NCBI GenBank assembly: GCA_964247055.1
Contig: OZ176053.1
Coordinates: forward strand, 2,356,001-2,420,000
Source: Paragordius varius
Taxonomy: Eukaryota > Animalia > Nematomorpha
Direction of reading: 5' to 3'
Length of the DNA: 64,000 nucleotides
The position numbers and the translations under genes were made by a program. Positions 35,436 through 49,400 of this stretch are shown here, one piece after another. The notes beneath the pieces are model-generated. The model was not told where the DNA came from. It was given only the letters and a program-made list of their open reading frames with translations, and did no database searches. Numbering within the stretch: position 1 is the first letter of the stretch; each line of letters starts with the position of its first letter.

Positions 35436-37229
35436 CTATAAATTTTGATAGTACTCAACTAGAATTTTCCAAGCTTCCGGTTCCATAAAACCATCAGGCG
35501 GTTGAGTGCCTGTCCGTGCAAATTGTCGCATTTTAGTTCCACTGATAAATTCAAAATCACCGGCTCGTTTTGGTTCAAAGAAGGCCATACATTGATTAAC
35601 TTTATCGTAGGCGGCTACTTTGAATGGAATGATTTCAACATTGGTAAGTCCTGGGGCCATTTGTAAAACCTTTGTGATGATTTAATAAGTAATAAACATT
35701 TATTATGATAAATGGCGAAAACGTATCAATTGCAAAATTATTACATTTTAACAAAAATTATATTTACGGAGCAATTAAAAAATGGCGAATTTGTGGGAGA
35801 GTATGGCTAATTTTATCAGTATTTTATATTTTTTCGTTTAAATAAAATTTTAATGGATGAATTATTTTTTTACAATCTTTTACAGTTCCCGGGAAAAAAC
35901 GCTTAAATATACTTTTAAAATAATTTTACACATTTGGATCTTTTAAGTTTTTAAAATTCAAAAAAGACTTTATCCATAAATTAAACATGTTAATCACTGT
36001 TTAGTAGTTTTATCATTTGAAATAATTTTTTTAACAAAAAAAATTTCTCTCAAAAACCTTTTGTCCGTATGTGGGATCATATATATCTTTTCCAGTTTCT
36101 GGATGACACATACCAGCTGGATCTCGGCCCACAATATAAAAATTGACTCCTGCAGAGGTGCGTGCTTTAGCGTGCCATTGGACCTAAAATTGGCAGAAAT
36201 ATAAAATAAAAATTGTTGCAAAACATAGTTAAGTTAAATGTCATAAAAATTGGAACTAATTTATATACATAAAACTTTAATACCTAAATGATAAATATAA
36301 AAGGGACAACAGTATTTTTTTCAAATCTGGCTGGATGTTTTAATTATAACTCGTCGTTTTAGCTACCGAAATAGGGATTAAACTTTTTAATTATCCTTAA
36401 TTTTCTTTTTTTGCCCAATTTTGATTTTCCCTTAATATTTCAAAGATCACCAAATAAAAATTTTTGCGGCAAATAAATTCGCTGGTCATAAGCTATATCA
36501 TGAAAAAATTTTTTTTATTAAATATATTGCACACAGTGTACTATCAATAAGATATTTGAATTGTAATTAAATCGGTAAGTTCAAGGTTTTAAAAAAGTAT
36601 GCCTGTAATTTTTAAGTTTTATGTATAATTTTAATTTTGGGGCAAAATATGGGTTTTTTTTAAATCTAAATATATTACGTTTTTTAACCTTTTTCGCCTT
36701 TATAAACTTTACAATTTATTAGTCATCATATATATAAAATAATGAGATATAAATATTTAAAGAGGATATCTTATTGTTAAAAAATGTCATAAAACCTTTG
36801 AAATTATATGTAGAAAAATACTTACAGTAAAAACTGAAATTATACGGACAAAAGGTTAAAATATAAAGACAAATATTAATTTGCAAAAGACAACCATACT
36901 TTTTATATCTTAATTTTTCTCTATATAACTTATTTAGTTACAATTGCAGGATGTATAATTGAATTTTTACTAATATACATATCAATTATCTATTTTGCGA
37001 TTTCAAATAATGAGTTATATTGAAATAAATCATATTTAAAGAGTGTGGTTGTCTTTTAGAAAAAAAACATTTGTCCATATATTTTTAGGTTTTGTCCGTA
37101 TAATTTTAATTTTTACTGTAATTATTCAAATAATTAAAATATTTCCTCGTTGAAAATATGTATGTTAGTTTACTTAAGCGCACCATAAAAAAATATCATA
37201 AAACAATATTTTTATCAATTCAACTAATT

Positions 37230-37261
<32 letters not shown>

Positions 37262-37573
37262 ACATATAGCAAAATAGACAAAAAGTATGATTAAATCTAA
37301 AAAGAATTCTCTATTTCAAGTACAATTATGATTCAAAATTAAAGAAATATATATGGGTACTTCAGTGGGACCGGCATACATCATAGGGGAAGGGAATATG
37401 GCTAAAACTGTCGTTTTTGGATCAATCACTTGTGAGTTAAGAACCGCTAAATGCTGTTTAATTCGGTAATGTAAATTCACATCATCATCTTTGGTCCAAC
37501 CACCTTAATAAATCATCATAAACAAAACTAAATTTGTTTTTAAATTCATTTGATTCATTTTTATTTTTTAAAA

Positions 37574-37616
<43 letters not shown>

Positions 37617-38144
37617 GAATTTTTCTTAACTAAATTTCTCTTTTGTAACAAATTAATGATACAATAAACATCTATGATTAAAACTCGTGTTTAAAAACTA
37701 AATTTGGTTTAATTTAAATAAATATTGTGAGGGAAATAAATCTGACCATAATTTTGAGTTAAAATTTGTTCAATTTAAGGCGGTTTTTTACGGACCATAT
37801 AAAAATTAATTAATTAACTAAATTTAGTTTGGACAAAGGACAACACAATAATACCATTTCTTTTTATCAAAGGTAGATTTAAAAACTGTAAAACACAAAA
37901 TTTTTTAGTATATACAATAAAAAAATCTAATATCATATACTTATAAAACAAGCACACAATTAATTTACGATTATAGATATAGGGTGTTAAATTGTTTTTA
38001 AATCTTGAACATAAATAACCATTAAAGCAAATTTTTCAATAATACGTAAAAATTCATAATCAAACTGTTGAATTATTAATTTTTATGAGATAATCTTCAC
38101 ACAATTTAAACTTATTTTCTCTTCAAAACACTACCAATATAAAT

Positions 38145-38178
<34 letters not shown>

Positions 38179-41100
38179 CTATTTACAATTCAAATTCACC
38201 CTAAAAACAATCATGTGTTTTCGGGATAATATAGGTCATTAATATGAAATATATTTTTACGACATATAATTTATTATTTTTTCAGATTTATACAATGTTA
38301 AACAGAATTTCATTATAAAATAAAATTAATTTTTAACCTTAAAAAGCATAAATTATTTTAGGGTGAATTTGAATTGTAAATGGTAAATTTGAATTGTAAA
38401 TGGTATATATATATTAGAAAAATACCCAAGGGATGGAGAAGTAAAATAGGGTTAGTGTACCCATTTAGTTTTAATTGCTTTTTCGTTTCATTCATTAACA
38501 AAGCGTGTCCGTTGTGAATCGGGTTTCGGAGTTGAAATGCAAATATGGCATCAGCCTTAAAACGCACAGTAAAAAATATTTTTTTTTAATTTTATAAAGA
38601 GTTAATTTAATTTAAAATTGGAACAATGGACATTCTTTGAGTTTTTATACTTAGTAAAATAAACTTTAATTATTAATTCATTTACTAATTTTTTGAATAT
38701 AAAAATTCATATGAAACTTAAACTTAAATTTTATTTAAAACAGTATTTTACAAATTTAATGCTTAAAATGTATATTACATATAATATATAAATATATATT
38801 TGAAAAAATTTTTAAACGGCTAAATTTTTATAAAAAAATATTTTTATATTAAAATTTTGCAAGGTAAAGAGACCTCCTATAAATCATTGCATGTAAATAC
38901 CTAGTACATATGTATTTTTTCGCATATATAAAAAACATTTTTTTCTTAAATTCTTAAGGTAAAAACACTTAAACAATATAATATATGTCCCGTGGCTCAT
39001 TTTAAACAAAAAAAGGTTTATTTGCTTTAATTGTATACATATATATCTATTATATAATTCATTGGGAGCATTGTACGCAAAAACATCCATTTACACAGAC
39101 AAAAACTATATTATAAAATAAAATACAAAAATTTGGATAATATCCAAAAAATGAGTTGATAAAAAATACGGAGTATATGCTAAAAAATTTTTGTCAATGT
39201 GCCATGTTAAACAAAAACCATCAAAACAACAGCTCTAAACAAATACTGAAATAAATTCACTAAATGAAGAAAAAAAGCAGAGTTAAAAAACGACAGATGC
39301 TTCTCGCATTTTAACAATTTTTTGTGGCAAAATTTATTATATGGTGGATAAACTTAATCAGAGAATAAAAATAATTTAATTCAAAGATAAAAATATACAA
39401 AACAGAAATATTTTTGACATGGATAGTGTTAAAATCAAAAATAAAAAAAAAACTAAATTAAAAGCAACCTTCATTTCTTTAAATTTTTGTTTAAGTTCCT
39501 TGGGTGTAAGTCTATACTGATCTAATCCATCGTCCCATTTAATGCGATCAAAAACTTCCAATTCGCCACCAATTAACCAATCTCCACTCTCATAAATCAT
39601 CTATCAAATAAAAAAGGTTAAAAAAAGTTTAAACGTAATACTAAAATGGATATTGATTAAAACTGTGAAAGTTTAGCAATAAAGTAATTAAAAAACAATT
39701 TCGGCCACATCTAGAATGGGTAAACTTTGTCAAACGTAAAAACGTTTTAGGTTCCAATTCTGTTTTGACCGCTTTTCGGTTCCTGGTTTGAATTGAAATA
39801 AAATTTAAGGATTACGTCATTCAATTTAAGCCATAAAGACTAAAATTTCAATCAATTTTTTCCATTAAAATTACAGGAAAAACATAATTTGATCCCCTAA
39901 ATAAGCAAAAAAGTGATTCAATTCTTAAAAATTTAATTTCCATAAAAATCAAAATTATAAAGGAAACTCACTTTGATATATGGGTGTTGTTGACATGTTA
40001 TACCAAATTGTTTACCACACCTGACCTCTTTGGGGTGGGCAAAAAATTCGGGAGAATCCAAAACAGCTATAATTTTACCCTGATAAGTTAATGTAATGCC
40101 ATTTTTATCCGTTAATTGGTGTTGTAATTCATCTTTCCGCTCAGTGCTCACAGGTAAAACAATGGGTATGGATTGATTTATAACGCAATCTAAGATTTAT
40201 ATGTATATATAAAATTAATTGCATCTTAAAGGTTTTCGGATATTCTAGTATATTATGTTTCCCTCCGGATAATACATTATTATTAGCTATATTGGCCTAT
40301 AAATTGCTTAATAAAAAATGTGATTAATTTTATTTTCCCATTTTGCTTCATTAACTAACTAAAACGAATTCTAAAAAGGAATATAATTGACAACAACCCT
40401 TTTAATTAATTTTCATTTTCGATTCTCTAATGTAATATAAAAATTGTTGCAAAAAAATAAAATTATTAATAATTAAAAATATGGCGCATGATTAAAAATT
40501 TGGAATAAATGTATGAAATATACCATCTAGCAGTGATCCAAAAAAGAGACATTGTAAAAATTGTTTTTCCCTCATAAATCCGGACAAAGGATGAGCCCAT
40601 CCTTCAGAAAGTACTTGAACCCATTGTAAATCCAACTAATTTATAAGATATAACATGAAATTAAAAAAAAAACGAAATCAAAAGGACAAACCGTTCAACT
40701 ATAAAAAAGTCATTATTATATTATTATTAAGAAATGGCTACTGATCATTTACAATATAAACCCATAATTTTGAATTACATAATTTTGTATATTAATTTAC
40801 CCATAACGATGAGTTATGTTAAACTAAATCAAGATTATTATAAAAAGTTAATGGCTAAAAAGGTGTTTGTCTTTTAGTTTTGTCCATATAACGTCAAATT
40901 TTTACTTTAGTTATTTCAAGGCTTGGTAACAATTTGGCCATATCCATTTTTTGGGCATATACCTCTGGATCAACAAACAACTCTTTTATGTAATGTGATG
41001 CCGATTTAGGGATAATATTCTATATAATATATGAAAAAAAATTAAGAAGATGTTTTAAATTATTAGTTTATGGATGTGGAATATGGATCTAAAGATTTTC

Positions 41101-41971
41101 TATACGTTTAAACGCTAAATATAATTTTCGATATGTATATTATTTTTACAGGTTCGATTTATTTATACAGCGAAAATACTTTTACACACTTTTTCAATAG
41201 GGTATATTGTATCATTTGAATAAATTTCATAAAAACATAAACATTACATACTTAATTTTTAAATAAGCATTAATAAAATGATTTTACACCAGATGTAATT
41301 ACCTCCTCGACCAACATTTCAATCATGAGATTAAGACTATCTCGCACAGTTTCCTCGCCGGCTTTTATGGTTAAATGAGGATATAGTGGCTTTTCATAAG
41401 CCGAATCAATGCCCGTGAAACCTTTCAAATGACCAGCCCGAGCTTTTTTGTACAAGCCTTTAACGTCTCGTTTCTCACAAATTTCTAGCGGTGTATCGAC
41501 AAAGCATTCAAAGAAGGCCAAGTTTTGTTCTTCAAAAATTTTTCTGGCATAGGCACGATCCTAATATTTATGGTTACAATATTGTGTTTACCTTTTCAAA
41601 AGGGCTAATGAAAGCCGTGATAACAATTATCCCACCATCAGCAAAAAGTTTGGAAACTTCTGAAATTCTACGGATGTTTTCTTCTCTATCCTGATTGGAA
41701 AAACCCAAATCTTTGTTTAAACCTTGTCTAATGTTATCACCGTCAAGGACATAGGCTGAATAACCCTTTGAACATAAATACTCTTCCAAAGCAAATGCCA
41801 ACGTTGATTTACCAGAACCGGAATAACCTATAATATAAATTTAGTGGATAAACCTGTCAGCCATATACAACATCCACGAAATTTTCCTCTAAGTCCCATA
41901 ATTTGTCCACGTTTATCCCGATCAACATTGTGATCATGTCCATAGAGGGCAAGACCTTTGGTATTATCATC
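35436..41971 (-). CDS. PAPSS: Bifunctional PAPS synthase (APS kinase plus ATP sulfurylase); start exon not located
   Basis: Exons 41971-41854, 41827-41592, 41560-41303, 41019-40906, 40635-40524, 40189-39972, 39600-39469, 38555-38426, 37503-37361, 36183-36058, 35669-35436 give 606 aa plus stop. Motifs: P-loop [61 protein letters not shown]. Confidence 0.97.
36385..36538. mobile_element. Solo right-arm fragment of the 25985-27255 foldback family in a PAPSS intron
   Basis: atccttaatttt..ttgccc..gctggtcataagctat..ttgcacacagtg|TA matches ~27100-27257. Confidence 0.75.
38179..38403. mobile_element. Hairpin MITE in (TA)n, copy 3 (PAPSS intron)
   Basis: ctatttacaattcaaattcaccc ... gggtgaatttgaattgtaaatgg, with (TA)n on both sides and a duplicated terminal segment. 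Confidence 0.7.
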
Positions 41972-44009
41972 CTACACATTATAATGATAAAAAACCATAA
42001 GAGCTTTATATTTCATAGCACAATACGTATGTGTGTTAGGTGAAAAAAATAAAATGTTTAAAGGTATTAATTACAAGTAAAACTGGGTATATTTATATTG
42101 TGAAACCAGAGAGCGCTAGTTAAATTTCCACACGTGTTTACTTAAGCAAAAATGCGATATCAGTAGTTTTTTTACCATAGCCAAATTTTTTTGTTTACAT
42201 TTGGGTGGGGTTAGTAAATAAAACATTGACGCAAATATAATGTTTGTTAATCGTTTCCGTACAATTTTTTAATCACATATCTTTTATAACTACGCAAAAC
42301 ACCATTTTTATATCGTTATCTTTTATTATTTAGGCAAGTATAGTGATGTAATTAGATGTAAAATTTAATTGCATTTTTTTATTTACTTCAGTTATTTATC
42401 TCTAATATTAAAACGGTTATAGATTGACTTAAATTACATATTTAGATAGTCAAAAATGTGTCAGTATACCGCCACCGGTAAATTATATCAAGTAATGCTG
42501 TAGTTGAAGTCCGTGCTCCCAAATATTTTCTGTGACTATGATTGATTTTAACAATAAGTAGCAAATTTTTTACATACATGTATGTGTAAAATGCATGAAA
42601 ATATTCTGTGGCATAATATTTGTACATACAATCGCGTATTATGCTTATAATAAGTCTTGTTTTCGGTTTAAATATACAACTCTCTTACAATGGATAAACG
42701 GTACATGATTAAAAGATATACTACCTCAACTTTTGGCTAAAACAAAACCATATTTTTACAAAATTAACATTTTTAGATGTGGTCTCCGAAATCTCAAATT
42801 TTTGGCCTCCACCAATTTAATTAACTTTAAAGCAAAAAACCTGAAATTTCACTATAATTTTAGTAAAATTAATGTTTCTTTAACAAATTTTCTGAATAAG
42901 TCTACATAATTGAGAATCACCTAAAAATATTGTTTTATTGTTTTTGCTATTTATGTTGGAAATCTATAAAAATATTTATTAATTGCCATATGGCAGCCCG
43001 TCGGATTTTTCGAGTCGCACAAACCAATGTAGGACACCCCTAGTTTAAAGTATTATTCTCACCCTTTACTGAACAAATTGTGGTTATAAATTAAAGTTTT
43101 GAATCAACACATGAATATTAAAAATTAAATATAAATATTTTACCAATTTATATCTATCAGCGTAACACTTAATTACCTCTTAGGCTAATTATCTACCATA
43201 GACGATTTGAATTTTATTTAGGATATGGAAACAAATTTATAAATAGGAAATTGGCTTTTTAGACGCATTAAAAAAACTTAACCTCAAAGTATGGCTACAT
43301 TCGAATGAATCGCTTAAAATAGTGGCATATAAATAGCTTATATTTAAAATCCGATAATTGATATTAAAATTATCTGTTTATTGCGAATTATCTAAATCTT
43401 AGACTTAACAATAACCTTTATATCAAATATATAAAATCAAGTTCGTAATGATAAACCTATTCCAGTCAAAAGCATATTTTTTTTAAAAAAAGCAACAAAA
43501 GCAACAATTTTTTAACCAAAAACAACATTTTTTCCAAGCAAACACAACATTTTTTAACCAAACGTAATATTTTTCATTCAAACGGAACGATAAATGTTGC
43601 GTTTGGTTGAAAAATGTCGCGTTTGATTAAAAATATGTTGCTTTTTACCGAAAAATGACATATTTAGTTAAAACATATTTATATTTCAATAAATTTTTAT
43701 TTATTTACATTATATTTATATAAAATCTTTCATTTGAAACAAATTATAATTGAACACACGATAAAAAGAATATGCAAGTTTCGAAACTCAAAATAAGTTC
43801 CGTTTTCAATAATTTTAAAAAATGTATATGTGTGTGTATGTAAAATCTATTCAAAATATGATTTTCCAATCGGTCAAAATGTAGCTGTTCTTTCGATTAA
43901 AAGTATTTTTACTATTTTTATATATTTCCATTGATTCCCTAATAATTCTATTCTTGTGATGGTTAATAAGGGATACGATGTATATCATTAAAATTAATTG
44001 AGTGCCCAT

Positions 44010-44722
44010 TAGGGTTGTGCATTTGACTGCTTTTTCAAAAAAGTCCGGTCAGACCCAGTCAGATAATGGTCATGACCACGGTCATGAACACCTTTTACTT
44101 AAGTAAGTATCATGCGATATTGGATTGTCTAAAAAATGTTCGAATTACACTTGTGTTTCACTAATAATGTCATGTTTTTCTTAAAAGTTATTATACATGT
44201 TTTTGATATTTATTATTTACAAATATTTTCAATCAAATTTAATCAAGAATTTTGTTTTCGCATGTTGTGGCATTCTGAATCTTCAAATACATAGCTTTTA
44301 ATACTGGATATTTCAAATTAAATTTTACTTAGTTTGTTTTACACCTTCTTTCACCATTGAAATATCCAATTGTAAAATAATTTTTCATTTTATTGGCTCA
44401 CATATATGGAATAATTCCATATTTTGCAAAGTGCTTGATTGTTTTGTTTTTCGAAATAACTGGATATGCTTAAATGCTAATGTTATAAGGATGCATGTTT
44501 AACAATTTTTAATATTGTTAAATAAGCATATTTAATATTTAATTTATATTTTTTAAAAAATATATTAAAAAACAATAAAATCTTACTATCTCTCTGAAAA
44601 AAATGAATAGCAATTTTTTAGAAAACAGTTGTTTTTTTTGAATGACCATGGTCAAAAAAAATAGTCACTGACCTGATGACCCGGTCAATTGACCGGGTCA
44701 TGACTTGGTCAGCACAACCCTA
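44010..44722. mobile_element. Non-autonomous hAT element, 713 bp
   Basis: TIRs TAGGGTTGTGC / GCACAACCCTA; perfect TSD GTGCCCAT (44002-44009 / 44723-44730); clustered subterminal GGTCA/TGACC motifs. Confidence 0.9.
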
Positions 44723-46445
44723 GTGCCCATATACCAAAGTGTTTTGGCGATAGAATTATTTTTTATGTAAAGTTTTTAGGCAAGCATGGCCCTTTATTCA
44801 TGTAATAATTTTGCTACGTGTTTGACCATTATAGAACTTTCCACATTCTCATTAAACCATATAAATTCCAGGCCAATTGAATGTCTTTTTTTATTTTATT
44901 AAAATCTTATTTTATCTTTTTACCGGGGAGAGACCCGTTTTAATATTTAATACACATAAAATTTTTGTTATTTTACTAGTTAAATATGGAATATACGGTA
45001 ACGATAAATTCATATTTGAAGCTTTAGGAAAATATTCCCAATTAATTTACATATAAAGAATCAAAAGGTAAAAAAAAGTATGCATGTACACATTTGCGCT
45101 CGATATAACAGGTTTTCTATTAAAAACATTGAGGGTTTAACGTTATTACACTATAAAATTGCACTAAAACTCCATTTATCAATGATTTTTAAATTAATTT
45201 TTTCATATTTTGTGTTGAATATATAATGGAAGGAAATTATATACGGTGAACTAGTAGGAACAAATATATTTACGGCTAAATTATAAGTAATTATATTGAT
45301 TTAAAATAAATTTTAAAATTATTGGTACTGTAAAATAGCTAACTTTATAATGTTAATTTCATTTTTTTCGCACGCTATAATAATCAATGTTTTAGCTTTT
45401 GTAATAATATTATACTAAATTTTTCATTTTTGATTTAAAAAAAAACGCTTGAAAATTTAAAATTTGAAACATGTGTGTGTATATATATTTACTATATATT
45501 TTATTTCATCGATAAATTTATCCTGGCTTTTAGCTTATATAATAGGCAACCTCAACCATGTGTATGTGATAATAAAATGTATATATACTAATGAGAGTTA
45601 TTATTGGTCATTTTGGAAGTTTAATTGACTAAAGCGGTATCTATTCACATGTTTCTTAATATGTATTAGATTTTAATTATTAATAAGTTACATTAAAATG
45701 TTTGCAAATATAAGATTTCATTGTAAACAGGCGCTATTGTATCTGTTACCTTAATTTGTGTTAAATATAAACTAATAAAGTCAAATAAGCATACATATCA
45801 TGAGTCATGCAAATTAAAATTCACTTTAACCAAATTAAATACAAAATCATTTTATTTCGCGTTATTGCATTAATCTATAATTATAACTCAACAAGGGCCC
45901 CTTATTGATCAAAATATGATTTAGCAAATTAGTATATAATTAGTTTAATTATTATTTTCGATTTTTATTTTGAGAGTTCGTATCGATAGGTATATTTTGC
46001 AAAGAAAAATATCGAAGAGTTGCTCCAAAATCCTATTTTCATCATTATTATTAATGCGTGTGCACACATCTTATTACATATTTTACATGCAATTTGTGGT
46101 TAGATCTCTGACTATTTATTATAAAAAATCATATTTTTCTCTTAAATGTTTCAAAAGGCATAATAGAGCATACATGTTGATATATTTTTTACTCATCTTT
46201 TCATCTTTTTCTAACAACATTACTATTTAGTTAAACATTATGTGTTATAGCTGCTAGAAGAAAAATCAAATATATATACATATCATCTATATCCAATAGG
46301 AAATCAATGTATGATTATTATATTCGATAGTGTTATCATAACTAATCAAAATTTAATTATAATTTTTACAAATTTTAAGAATTTCTTTTTACATAAATGT
46401 ATTATCCATAGCATTTTATAAGACACTTCATCGCCAAATTCCTGT

Positions 46446-49400
46446 ATGTTTTCCCCTGTTGTTACAAACATTTGCTTCTTTATAACGCTTGATATCTTTT
46501 TTACGATTCTTGGGATCCTAAAGGGACAGACCGAATTTATAGGTGATATAATTATTTTTAATTTTTACTAAATTTTGAATAAAATATTTTTGATTGCTTT
46601 AGATTTTAACACCAACACATTGATTCAATTTGAATCGCTAACATGTCAAAATGAAATCGCACATCTAGTTTGTCCATTTAACACCAGTATTCTTATTACC
46701 TTAGCACTGTATGGGGTCCCTTCTGGCCGTAGAATCAAAAAAAGTTATATAAGTTTTCCATATCATCCCAAAGATATATTTCAAAGATCTAAAAAAAGTG
46801 AATGTCCCATAACCCAGTCTCAACTTACAAAAAATAAAAATAGGGCTGGGAAAAACGCACCTAGAAGTCTAATAAGTCGCGGTCACCAATCAAGGTTTTG
46901 CCTTTCAACTTCAACTCTACAAGTATATCACTATATTCAAATTTCTTTATTTAATATTTCGATTTAAACAAATATGAAATCGATTTTCAAATAGTTTAGG
47001 TTACTTGTATGATAAAATCTTCATCACCTTTTTATAAAATTTAATAGTTAACTTTTTATCCATTGATTCAAATTGATAGGATGATAAAGACAACAAATAT
47101 GATTTATTTAATAAAAAACCAATATATTGAAATAAAATGTTTACTTTATAGAGTTCTAACAGTTTACACTTCATAGTTTAGCGGTTATGTTTTCTGACTT
47201 CATGTGGTTTAATAACCTTATCAAAAATTAACAGTTAAATATTTTAAAAATTTCACTTTAACACATTATGGTATTTTCGAAAATTTCAATAACTCCTTCA
47301 ACTATACGAATCAATTTCATACATTTTATCTTTCAAAAAATTTTGTCGCTGGTTTTTTCAATTTTTTCGAAAAAAATGTTTCTGGCTCAGTTCTATAGAA
47401 TTTTCCCGGTCATACCATACTTTTTAATCGAATTTTCCAATTTTTATTCCACCATCTCGAATCTTAAAGCCGATTGTTTAATGTCTAAATTACACGAAAG
47501 TATATAGATAAAAAATTGTTTTATTCTATTTTTCTTTAAATTATATATGATTCTTATAAATTAGTTAGGAAAAATGATTTAAATTTTTATAAGAAGAAAA
47601 TAATGTATAATTTTTTTGTTTGGAAACTGAATTTCAAAAGTCGTTTTTAAAAATTTTATTTGGTTTTAAATTAAAAATTAAATCATGCGGCAAAACCTAA
47701 AAATACAATGACAAATAATTTTTTTCCCATACTTGATTTTTCTATATAAATTATAAATTACAGTTATATACTTTAACTGTGTTATAATCATTTTCAAGTT
47801 TGAAAAGAATTTGTCTTTATGCTTTTGTGTTTTGTCCTTATAAATTCGATTTTTACTAAAACTATTCAAAAAGAATACTTTTCGGTTAAAATCAGTAAAC
47901 ATACCGCATCCATTAGACCAATCGAAAAAAAAAATTAAATTTCAACAGTTTATAAAAATTCGATATATATATATATATTCTAATAAGTCATATTTTTTAG
48001 AATGTTATTAATGTGTGCCAAGATAAACGGGAATGCTTTATCCCAGCTAGAGACGATATTTTTGGGAATCCTTGTTCGGACACGCAAAATCCCAAATACT
48101 TAGCCATTAAATTTAAATGTCAGCCAAGTAAGATTAATTTTGCTATATAGAAATAATGTAATTGCATTTCACCCTTTATATCCATATATAATATGTATAT
48201 TATAGAAACATTTTCTGACATCATCGTGTGTGAAGACAATACGAAAGCATTGGAATGTACAAATTCGAATCCCCATAGCATTATGATTTTCCTGGCATCC
48301 TTTGGCATGTATTATTTGAATAACAAGGAACTTCGAATGCCTAAAAGCAGTGTCTGCTCACTGTTAACCTTTAACTTTGATAATGGTTTAAATTATTAAC
48401 TTATATTTGATTTCATTTTTATTGCTTTTTTCTTTTTATATATTACAGCTTCATTGTATATGCGTAAAAATTATGGGTTAGTTTTTCAACCCCACAGCTT
48501 AAAGTATTAGTAAAATATCGTTTTTAATAACTTACTTCTCATTCAGAAAAAAATATATAATTTTAACAGTTTTGACTTCTAGAGACCCAAATTTAGATAG
48601 CTCCGAAACACGATTAATACAAACAGCTGATATTAAAATTAATGAATATAAAAATAAATTTAGTTAATTAATTTGAAAGCTTTTTAAATTTTATTAATTT
48701 TTTAACCACAATATACATTTATCCTGTTGTACGCGATCTAAAAAAAATAAAGAATGGCGGCGAAAAGTTTGAGATGAGTATTTTTTTTATATTTTATATA
48801 TTTAAAAAAAATTTGTACCATGCGTTTATGAGGCTAAAGAAAGCATGCTTTCACATTTGGCCCAATGGTAAAATTATTTTTAAGGTATTTAAATTTTTGG
48901 TAGCATAAAACTACCCCACAAGGCGAGGAAGTGTTAATATTTAGCCCATTATTGACAACTTGCATGCACTTTAAAATTTATTGTAAACAACGTGCATAAA
49001 AATGCATCAATAGTTGTCATTAAATATTGCAGGTTAACATTAATATTTAAAGCATGAATCTTCAACATGCGGTTGTGAGATTTTATGACCTGAAGTAATT
49101 TGGATAATTATCAAATACGATAAAATTATTCTATTTTGTCCTATCTTTTAAGTCTACTAAAATATCTCATAATAACACTATAATTTTGGCCCTACGAGCC
49201 ATTTAAATATTACAAAAAAGCGTTAAAAATACCATTTCTTCGATTTCCACGTTCAACAATAGCTCCAAATGCTATATCTGGCATCATTTAATGAAAAATC
49301 TTCTTCATACTGTAGTTTGTGATAGTTTACAACCGACAGATCTGGTCCGTAAAAACTGTTTTGGCAAAGATTCTTGCCTCCTTTCAGCTCAAAAAGATTT

